From IMG/VR virus record IMGVR_UViG_3300020294_000016, positions 1-33,590 of that record: a stretch of DNA of 33,590 nucleotides. One strand, given 5' to 3'. The stretch comes from a virus. Lineage: Duplodnaviria; Caudoviricetes. The notes below the pieces were generated by a model. The model was not told where the DNA came from and did not search any database. It saw nothing but the letters and a program-made list of their open reading frames with translations. The translations under genes were made by a program, and so were the position numbers. Each line of letters opens with the position of its first letter. Position 1 is the stretch's first letter. This document shows, one piece after another, positions 8,666-15,838 of the stretch.

Positions 8666-9376
8666 TTACGGCGACTCAATTTTATTTAGTTGTATTATAG
8701 TATCTTTCCAGTCCTTAACACAGTGGGAATAACCGCCCCGATCTTGTACTGCTTTCGCTAAAGCATAATCATTCTGTCCTTCTTCCATCATATCACCAAA
8801 GAAATATAATTCATGTTCATCTCTAAAATCTCTTAGGATTTGGCTCTTATCAGATCCTTTTGGTCCTAAATCTAAACCAGTCTGTCCTCCTATATTAACT
8901 TCTAGATCAGGAAACTTCATCTTAAGTCTTCTAGCCATCTCTCTTCTTTCATCAGTTTCATTATCCCACTTCACATACTCTTCCCTCTCAACAAAACATG
9001 TAAGACCTCTACCTAAAATACTAAAGTTAACACCACCAGGTCTTCTCTCAATATGATTCCCATTACGAACAGGGAATTTACTAAAGAGCAATTCATTCTC
9101 TAAATGATTCTCTACATCCCTAGGTAGTTCCCAGTCATCTCTATAAACATTAACATCCCCTTCATATACATCAGAACCAGAGCAGTTATAAACTCTCTTA
9201 GATTGATTGTATATACCTGGTGTAACCTGCTCTATGGTCTTCTCCCTATCACTACCAGTAACTAAGTACACATCATTAGTAGTACAAAACTGATAAAAGA
9301 AATGCAAACATTCAGGTGTGATAGATTGTCTAGCAGGGGTCAAAGTCCCATCAACATCAAAAATAAACTTCTTCAG
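8666..9376 (-). CDS. HAD-IIB hydrolase, eukaryotic-type phosphomannomutase-like; start proposed at CTG 9376
   Basis: In-frame upstream extension LKKFIFDVDGTLTPAR supplies HAD motif I; also LVTGSD, NFSILGR, GGQTGLD, FFGD...GQNDY. SD GGAGG lies 7 nt before the CTG. Confidence 0.85.
   Translation of the reverse strand: MKKFIFDVDGTLTPARQSITPECLHFFYQFCTTNDVYLVTGSDREKTIEQVTPGIYNQSKRVYNCSGSDVYEGDVNVYRDDWELPRDVENHLENELLFSKFPVRNGNHIERRPGGVNFSILGRGLTCFVEREEYVKWDNETDERREMARRLKMKFPDLEVNIGGQTGLDLGPKGSDKSQILRDFRDEHELYFFGDMMEEGQNDYALAKAVQDRGGYSHCVKDWKDTIIQLNKIESP
8683..8689 (-). promoter_or_regulatory. Late promoter candidate (CTAAATA) for hsp20
   Basis: T4-like late box immediately upstream of the structured hsp20 leader. 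Confidence 0.6.
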
Positions 9377-9807
9377 GATTCTTCCTCCGTTTTTTTTCTT
9401 CCTATATTATACTTCGTTTCAAGTATCCAGTCACCTTTATCCTTAAATGACAAAACTTTAATTTGATTTAAAGGAGCAATATCAGAAATCTCATCTGCAT
9501 TTAAAATCTTTATAAGACCCCAATCAGCAAGGAGTTGAGCAATACGATTCCTACGCTGAACATCATTGACAGTAAGATTTGCTCTCTTACCATCTAAAGC
9601 AAATAATTCTTTGAAGTGAACTATAAAATATCTACCTTGTTTATGTAATATATGACAAGACTGGTAAAGCTTTTTCTCTTTTCTAGATGCTACACCAATT
9701 CTAGTTAATGTCTCTCGTACCTTAAGAAAATCATCTGGTTCACCTAATGATACTTCAACCATTTTATCTGGGGACCAATCCACTGTTGGTTCATTCACAA
9801 CACTCAT
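9373..9807 (-). CDS. regA: Translational repressor RegA
   Basis: DDFLKVRETLTRIGVAS, LYQSCHILHKQGRYFIVHFKELFALDG are diagnostic of T4 RegA. Confidence 0.97.
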   Translation of the reverse strand: MSVVNEPTVDWSPDKMVEVSLGEPDDFLKVRETLTRIGVASRKEKKLYQSCHILHKQGRYFIVHFKELFALDGKRANLTVNDVQRRNRIAQLLADWGLIKILNADEISDIAPLNQIKVLSFKDKGDWILETKYNIGRKKTEEES

Positions 9808-9833
9808 CGTTTTAATTCAGTTATTCGTAATGG

Positions 9834-9840
9834 TATTTAG
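9834..9840 (-). promoter_or_regulatory. Late promoter candidate (CTAAATA) upstream of regA
   Basis: The box contains the TAA stop of the upstream gene. Confidence 0.55.
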
Positions 9841-10610
9841 TAAATAAATCTTGCTGAAGAGGATCCCATTCCAATAGTAGTATCCTTAGTAATGAACTCA
9901 GTAACTTGTGAATAATATTTTTCTATTTCATATTTTCTATTAAAATCATTTAAGTTTACTACATTACCAGTTATCTCCTCATACACTGTCATAAAAGTTC
10001 CAAGCATATGCCATTGTAACGGTGGTATATATCCTGGAGAAATACATACAAAAATTTGATCGAACTTATAATCATCAAATTCATACTCATCCTTAGTAGT
10101 AAATTTAAAATCATTAATATACTTTTCTGCAGCAGGTATATGATCTACATTATCACTAGACCTATTACCAATCCAAGTAAAAGATTTCAACCTACCTTTA
10201 AACTGTAACCAAGCACCCCAGTTACCTTCCATAACTCTATCATGCGATACTAAACTTTTTATCTCATCCCGCAATTCATTACCAAAACAACCTGAGAATA
10301 TATCATCATGATGATCTATATTAATTATTTCTATATCACTATGACCTTCTAATCCATATAAAATATTGTCATGATCATATCCAAACCTAACATCAGTACA
10401 ATGCCTAAGTGCTTTTAAATATGTTCTAAGACAATACTGATAATTTTCAACATTAATAGGATGTTTAAACTCATGAGGATGATCTTCAAATAACTCAACC
10501 CATTTAATAACTGGCCACATATCATATCCTTCATCAGGATCAGTAATATTTTTATTTTGGATAATGGCAGGTTCGGATACGAAATCCAAATCAATACTAA
10601 GAATTTTCAC
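9837..10610 (-). CDS. Arginase/deacetylase-fold (UPF0489-like) metallohydrolase
   Basis: ILSIDLDF, YDHDNI, NIDHHDD, EGNW and CISPGYIP motifs. Confidence 0.6.
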   Translation of the reverse strand: MKILSIDLDFVSEPAIIQNKNITDPDEGYDMWPVIKWVELFEDHPHEFKHPINVENYQYCLRTYLKALRHCTDVRFGYDHDNILYGLEGHSDIEIINIDHHDDIFSGCFGNELRDEIKSLVSHDRVMEGNWGAWLQFKGRLKSFTWIGNRSSDNVDHIPAAEKYINDFKFTTKDEYEFDDYKFDQIFVCISPGYIPPLQWHMLGTFMTVYEEITGNVVNLNDFNRKYEIEKYYSQVTEFITKDTTIGMGSSSARFIY

Positions 10611-10981
10611 ATCATTCCTCCAATATCAAGTTTCTTTTTAATATATTTAATCTGATCCTTTGTAAGAATTCTCAATGCTTGCTGTGCCTTTTCAGTACTA
10701 TATCCATAATACTTTTTTACTGCATCTATATCATCAATCTTACCCTTCTTCAACCAAGGAGCAAATCTCTTCTTCTTCCTTAAAGAATTTAAAAGAAAAT
10801 CATACTGAAGTTTAGAATCTAAGTAATGAGACTTGTTCATCTCATTTGCAAACAATACAGAATCTAAAGAACCAGATAAACATTTGTTCACAACAAATGC
10901 TGGATACTTTTCTGTAGGATCTTCATCAAGAATATTCTCTTTAGTAAAATTGATTGAGTTTAACCAGTCTTTAAGATCCAT
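10607..10981 (-). CDS. g62: Clamp loader small subunit gp62
   Basis: FANEMN, QYDFLLNSLRKKKRFAPW, VKKYYGYS; synteny with g44 and regA. Confidence 0.93.
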   Translation of the reverse strand: MDLKDWLNSINFTKENILDEDPTEKYPAFVVNKCLSGSLDSVLFANEMNKSHYLDSKLQYDFLLNSLRKKKRFAPWLKKGKIDDIDAVKKYYGYSTEKAQQALRILTKDQIKYIKKKLDIGGMM

Positions 10982-11798
10982 AATTAAGTAAAAGTAATTC
11001 CTTACGCTCCTGTTGATCCTTCATGTAATCACCAACAGATCTCATTGTATAGGTATGATCAAACTCAGCAGCGTTCCAATTTTTGAAACGATCCCTGATC
11101 ACCTGACTACTATTATAAGATATCAACTGAGGTGCTGTAAACTCATCACAGACAGTAGCAAAATCGTCATGGTTAAAATGTTTATGCATATCCCCTTTCT
11201 TACCATATAAATTATTTCCTATTTCATAAGGAGGATCTAAGTATATAAATGAATTTCTATTATCAGACATTAATTCCTTCCAATCAAGATTTGTTATATT
11301 CCAATTCTCAATCAACTTACTATACTCTGCTAGTTTTTCAATTCCTCGAAACGAAAAATTGGATTCACTTGCCTGAGGTGAGAAGGAGGAGGACTCAGTG
11401 AGACCACTAAAGCTGCACTTATTAGCAATGTAAAAATCACACGCCCTATCAAATTGCGATTTACTTTCATCGTTAAGACCCTCCTTTGCTTGAATAAACA
11501 ACTCCTTTGCAGTATCTCTATCAGGATTCATGTTCTTAATAGACCACAATTTATCCTGCATTGCTTGACCATCATGCTGCAACTGTTGCCAGAAGATAGC
11601 AAGTGGTCGATAGAGATCATTTACCCAAATATCTAGGTGAGGATATAGTTTAGCAATAAACAATGCTACAGAACCACCACCTACAAAAGGTTCTCTATAT
11701 TCTGTAATGTTCTTTAAGTCTGGAAAATGTTGTGCTAGTTTAGTACAGGCACGAGATTTTCCACCAGGATAACGAAGAGGGGTCTTTAATGCTTTCAC
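10971..11798 (-). CDS. dam: Dam-family (D12) DNA adenine methyltransferase
   Basis: RYPGGKS, EPFVGGGS (SAM binding) and YLDPPY (catalytic motif IV). Confidence 0.92.
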   Translation of the reverse strand: MKALKTPLRYPGGKSRACTKLAQHFPDLKNITEYREPFVGGGSVALFIAKLYPHLDIWVNDLYRPLAIFWQQLQHDGQAMQDKLWSIKNMNPDRDTAKELFIQAKEGLNDESKSQFDRACDFYIANKCSFSGLTESSSFSPQASESNFSFRGIEKLAEYSKLIENWNITNLDWKELMSDNRNSFIYLDPPYEIGNNLYGKKGDMHKHFNHDDFATVCDEFTAPQLISYNSSQVIRDRFKNWNAAEFDHTYTMRSVGDYMKDQQERKELLLLNYGS

Positions 11799-12739
11799 TT
11801 AAATTCACACTCCACCATAATTTCTGTAAGACATGCTAACATGTTTATTTCTTGGTCGGCCACAAAAGCGATCTGATACTGATACTTAGCAATAATGAGC
11901 ACAGCAGCAGCAATACTAGGACCGTCAAGGGTTTGATAAAGGCCATCATAAAGACGGCGAAGCAATACAGCAGGATCATTATCCAGATTAGAAACGACCC
12001 AATTCCTGACTCCAGGAAAATCTTTCGCACGAAGCGTTTTAATGAGGTCGTCAACCTTAACATCTGAAAACTCTACTAGGATAGCTGAATCTATTGTACC
12101 ACCAACACTATATCGTTGCAACTCATTTAATACTCTTCTCCAATCTGGGAAGTGTTTATTAATTAATTGAGCAAGTACTTTCTTATCGAAGTCAACACCT
12201 TCCCCTTCAAGAATCCTAACAATCCTCTCGAAGAAAGAGACCTGTATCTCTGCCTTCTCTCTACCTTTGATCGAGAACTCAACCACAGAACACCTGGAGT
12301 GTAGCGGTTCAATGATCTTATTTTTATAATTACAGGTGAAGATGAACCTGCAGTTTTTGTGGAATGCCTCAATGTTACTCCTCAACAACAACTGAACATC
12401 ATGTGTCGTATTATCTGCCTCGTCAATAATAATAACCTTGTGGTTAGATGAAGCAGATAGGGACATAGTAGAAGCAAAGTTCTTTGCTTGTCCTCTAACT
12501 GTGTCAAGGAACCTACCTTCATCAGAACCATTAATCAGAATGTAATCACATCCCAACTGTTCGCAGAGTGCCTTAGCAACTGTAGTCTTACCTACACCTG
12601 CTGGTCCTGTTAAGAGAAGATTAGGAATCTCACCCTTATTTAGAAACTGCCTAAAGGTTTCCTTAATATTCTCAGGGAGAATACACTCTTCAATTGTTTT
12701 AGGTCTATACTTTTCAACCCAAAGAAAATCACGCTTCAT
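11795..12739 (-). CDS. g44: Clamp loader large subunit gp44 (RFC-like AAA+)
   Basis: LWVEKYRP, GPAGVGKT, IIDEAD, SRC motifs. Confidence 0.97.
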   Translation of the reverse strand: MKRDFLWVEKYRPKTIEECILPENIKETFRQFLNKGEIPNLLLTGPAGVGKTTVAKALCEQLGCDYILINGSDEGRFLDTVRGQAKNFASTMSLSASSNHKVIIIDEADNTTHDVQLLLRSNIEAFHKNCRFIFTCNYKNKIIEPLHSRCSVVEFSIKGREKAEIQVSFFERIVRILEGEGVDFDKKVLAQLINKHFPDWRRVLNELQRYSVGGTIDSAILVEFSDVKVDDLIKTLRAKDFPGVRNWVVSNLDNDPAVLLRRLYDGLYQTLDGPSIAAAVLIIAKYQYQIAFVADQEINMLACLTEIMVECEFK

Positions 12740-12923
12740 AATGAATAATAGTTTGTGGTGGATTCCAATGTCGGATCACCCCTGCAATAATAAAACAATT
12801 AGTAATGAGATAAGAAAAGAAAATAATACTGCGTATGATAACAATGTTGTTGTCGTAGGGTTTAGTTTTCTCATCTGAGAATGAACCCAATGCATATTTC
12901 CAAACATTGATTATCTTACGCAT
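12729..12923 (-). CDS. Small hypothetical membrane protein (64 aa)
   Basis: One hydrophobic segment; overlaps both g45 and g44, filling the gap exactly. Confidence 0.75.
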   Translation of the reverse strand: MRKIINVWKYALGSFSDEKTKPYDNNIVIIRSIIFFSYLITNCFIIAGVIRHWNPPQTIIHYEA

Positions 12924-13584
12924 ATGTTGAATCAGGTTCCAATGCTATAAAGTAATCTAAATTATAATTACTATTAGTAAATTTGGCAAGGTTCTTCTTA
13001 GAGATCTGAACATCATATGATCCTGGAATCAACTTAATATTCTCAATCTTAAAGTTAAACTCAAAGGTCTGTTCTGTCTTACCAACCACAAGAGTATACT
13101 CATTAGAGTTATCATTCTTACGATCAGATACTACTAAAGTAACCTCTTCACCATCACCAATTGCTGATAGATCTGGTAACTGATATACAGAAGATGCCTT
13201 CAAGAGTTTTCCGAGTTGAATGCTATCCAATTGGAAAGTAACATCACTTGAAGGAAGTTTCATTTGCTTCTCAGGTGGAATCACTATACAATCAGGGTCT
13301 GCAAAAGCAAACTTAACTTTGGTTGACTTACCCTCACGAATGATCATATAAGTTTCATTCTTAAGATCCAAATCTGGATCCTTCATAAGGTTAACTCCAT
13401 TCAAGAACTGAGGTAGATCATAGATCCCAAAGTCCCTCTCAAAATTTTCATCCACCTCTGCTTCAGCAAGGATATTCTTCATCACAGAAATAGTGCGAAG
13501 TTTAGAACCCTTCTTAACTAGAATGGATTGATTGATTGAGGAGAAGTTCTCCAATAAGCTAATTGTTTTTTCAGAAAGTTTCAT
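12916..13584 (-). CDS. g45: Sliding clamp gp45
   Basis: MKLSEKT...NFSSINQSI, FGIYDLPQFL, C-terminal YFIALE. Alternative start at 13590. Confidence 0.96.
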   Translation of the reverse strand: MKLSEKTISLLENFSSINQSILVKKGSKLRTISVMKNILAEAEVDENFERDFGIYDLPQFLNGVNLMKDPDLDLKNETYMIIREGKSTKVKFAFADPDCIVIPPEKQMKLPSSDVTFQLDSIQLGKLLKASSVYQLPDLSAIGDGEEVTLVVSDRKNDNSNEYTLVVGKTEQTFEFNFKIENIKLIPGSYDVQISKKNLAKFTNSNYNLDYFIALEPDSTYA

Positions 13585-14047
13585 ATCCATTAGTAGAGTC
13601 CTTGTCTAATCCTTCAAAGTGGTATAGAAGTACAGCATAGTGTATTATCTTCTGAATGTCAAGCCTTGTAGTACCTTTCTTCTCATAGCGTGATGCATAC
13701 TTAAGAATGTTACTACGGCAAAATGCAGATGCATCCCCGACTGCTTCAATAAGATCTAAGGTCTGTACCTTATTATTATATGAGTAGTGAGAACTATATG
13801 TTCTGCCAATATAATCCTTGATTTTTTCAAGGATCTTTTCCTCGTTGTACTTATAATGTACAGGAGGTTTTTCTATCTCTGGTGGACAGTTACTTGTGTC
13901 GATACTGACTTCGACATTATTCAAGTCTAGTTGATCTACCCAACCACCTTTTTGGTAAGAGTGTGTTCCAATACCTGTCATAATAGGATAATCCTCATCA
14001 AATGTTCCATCTAAAATAGATGCTGCTAATGCCCATGCATTTACCAT
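13571..14047 (-). CDS. DUF3310-like hypothetical protein
   Basis: TYSSHY...FCRSNILKYASRYEKKG...DIQKIIHYA resembles the DUF3310 core. Confidence 0.7.
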   Translation of the reverse strand: MVNAWALAASILDGTFDEDYPIMTGIGTHSYQKGGWVDQLDLNNVEVSIDTSNCPPEIEKPPVHYKYNEEKILEKIKDYIGRTYSSHYSYNNKVQTLDLIEAVGDASAFCRSNILKYASRYEKKGTTRLDIQKIIHYAVLLYHFEGLDKDSTNGYETF

Positions 14048-14664
14048 TATAGCAGTTCCTCCTCATATTGTATATCATAAACATTAAAACTCATAGTTAT
14101 CCTTTCTACATCACTAGTAAATGGATATACAGTATGTCTAAGAGTTGCTGGAAACAAATAAATCTGACCCGTTTTTGGTTTTACCTTATAACCTGCCTGA
14201 TAATTGTAACCATCCGTACCATGAATAAATTCTAACTTACCAGGACAAGGCATATTAGACTTTGGTGATTTTTCTTCTGCAATTACTTCTGGTACATCTA
14301 TCATGATAACACAACTCAATTCACCACTGTGAATATGAACTGGATTAAACTCATGCTTTCTTTGAAAGTTGACCCAAGGACCACCACCTAGATTAAAACA
14401 TAATTTCTTTAAATGTGTTTTTGTAACACCATCCATTGCAAGTGTCTCTTGCAAATAGTATTCAATATACGGATTAATATGTTCTATAAATTGTCTAGGA
14501 TCAACAGGTAATTCTAATTGATCCTCAATGTTACCTGCTAATTCACCACCTATATTTGAAGGATTTTTTTTAGATTGGGAACAAGCAGATAAAAGAATCT
14601 GACGAAATTCATCTGTAATTTCATCTTCATATATAGGAGGACCAAATGGGTACTTAACTACCAT
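14047..14664 (-). CDS. 2OG-Fe(II) oxygenase-like protein (TIGR02466-like)
   Basis: WVNFQ...FNPVHIH, LSCV, GKLEF, LFPATLRHTVYP, RITMSFN. Confidence 0.88.
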   Translation of the reverse strand: MVVKYPFGPPIYEDEITDEFRQILLSACSQSKKNPSNIGGELAGNIEDQLELPVDPRQFIEHINPYIEYYLQETLAMDGVTKTHLKKLCFNLGGGPWVNFQRKHEFNPVHIHSGELSCVIMIDVPEVIAEEKSPKSNMPCPGKLEFIHGTDGYNYQAGYKVKPKTGQIYLFPATLRHTVYPFTSDVERITMSFNVYDIQYEEELL

Positions 14665-14891
14665 TCTTTTCTATACGATGGAACACCTGCAGGATCTAAC
14701 CATTTAGTATACTCTAGATCCTCTATAGCAATGCCAAACTGCATTTGATTATCGCAGTAGTACATATCTTTGTACATGTGACGGTACTCGTCAAACTTTT
14801 GAATTCGACAATCTGGTTTACCATTTTCTAGAGTGCCGTTCTGTACAAAACGATATGGAAATCGCTCATGAATAACTACTGTATTAGACAT
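14658..14891 (-). CDS. Hypothetical protein (77 aa, MSNTVVIHERFPYRFVQ...)
   Basis: Start at 14891 preferred because it overlaps the upstream stop; tightly packed ORF. Confidence 0.75.
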   Translation of the reverse strand: MSNTVVIHERFPYRFVQNGTLENGKPDCRIQKFDEYRHMYKDMYYCDNQMQFGIAIEDLEYTKWLDPAGVPSYRKEW

Positions 14892-15243
14892 AGTTTTCAT
14901 AAGTCTTAAACTGATCGTAAGCAGCACGGAAGTCATCACGATCTTCTATTGATGCAACCTGTGCTGGTTGTGTAGCAGTGCCACGAAAAATCATAACACC
15001 TACTGGTCCTTCTTCATCATCCATTGAAAGGTAATCAATGGTTGGGGATAGCATAACGCCTTGAGGTCTACTCATAATAATTTTGTTGTTGTTAATATTA
15101 TAAGACCCCCGATGGTGGTCGGAGGTCTTGAGTAGACACTTTATCAAGTGTCTGCGTCTTGCCTTTGCAGAACGCAATGCCTGTGGTTTAAGTTTTCGTT
15201 TCGGTGGCTTACCCGAATTGTGTTGCCAGTTAGGAGTTGTCAT
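14884..15243 (-). CDS. Hypothetical ORF: a basic N-terminal peptide fused in frame to an acidic 63-aa unit with a probable internal start at 15075
   Basis: Two compositionally distinct halves joined by a hairpin/AT-rich linker (…HHRGSYNINNNKII-M). Confidence 0.6.
   Translation of the reverse strand: MTTPNWQHNSGKPPKRKLKPQALRSAKARRRHLIKCLLKTSDHHRGSYNINNNKIIMSRPQGVMLSPTIDYLSMDDEEGPVGVMIFRGTATQPAQVASIEDRDDFRAAYDQFKTYENYV
15066..15137 (-). promoter_or_regulatory. Nested stem-loop element with adjacent TATAAT
   Basis: Inner 11-bp stem at 15102-15129 (one G-U on the minus strand); outer 9-bp inverted repeat 15066-15074/15129-15137; TATAAT at 15102-15097. Confidence 0.55.
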
Positions 15244-15836
15244 TGTACTATATTTAAATTTAATGATACACCAGTACTAGGAGTAATATTTCCTTCTGGG
15301 AAAGTATTACCTGCAATACTATATCTAGTATAATCCCCATCATGAGGTTCTACAGAGTGAGGTATCCAACTAGGGAATAATAGCATAGCACCCACAGGTA
15401 TGTTAACACCTGGTCGAAAACACACCTCAGTCCCAACTGAAGACCCTAACATTAAAGGTGGGGTCTCCTTATCCTTATCATAAAAATATGTAGCACTACC
15501 CTCAGTCAAATAATGGATAAAACTAAACCAATGCATAGGATGATGATGTCGATAATTAGAAACACCTTTCTGAGTTTTAGTTGACCACATAGAAGTAATT
15601 GTTAATTTATCACACATCCAATTATTTTTTTTCTTTACTTCAGCAAACTGATTATCCAAATAATCAATATAAAATTTTAAGTCAGATCTTAAATGGATAT
15701 CAGAAGATGATGTTTTAGGATGATTCCCTTCCCCAGTATGATTTAAAGTTTTAATAACATCAAGAACATTACTAGTTATTTTGTCAGGAATATCTATTCC
15801 AAAAATTATTGTAGGAAAGATAGGAATTTCACGCAT
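15240..15836 (-). CDS. 2OG-Fe(II) oxygenase-like protein (TIGR02466-like)
   Basis: IFPTII, MWS, HHHP...SFIHYL, LFPSWIPHSV, RYSIAGN. Confidence 0.85.
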   Translation of the reverse strand: MREIPIFPTIIFGIDIPDKITSNVLDVIKTLNHTGEGNHPKTSSSDIHLRSDLKFYIDYLDNQFAEVKKKNNWMCDKLTITSMWSTKTQKGVSNYRHHHPMHWFSFIHYLTEGSATYFYDKDKETPPLMLGSSVGTEVCFRPGVNIPVGAMLLFPSWIPHSVEPHDGDYTRYSIAGNTFPEGNITPSTGVSLNLNIVQ

Positions 15837-15838
15837 AT

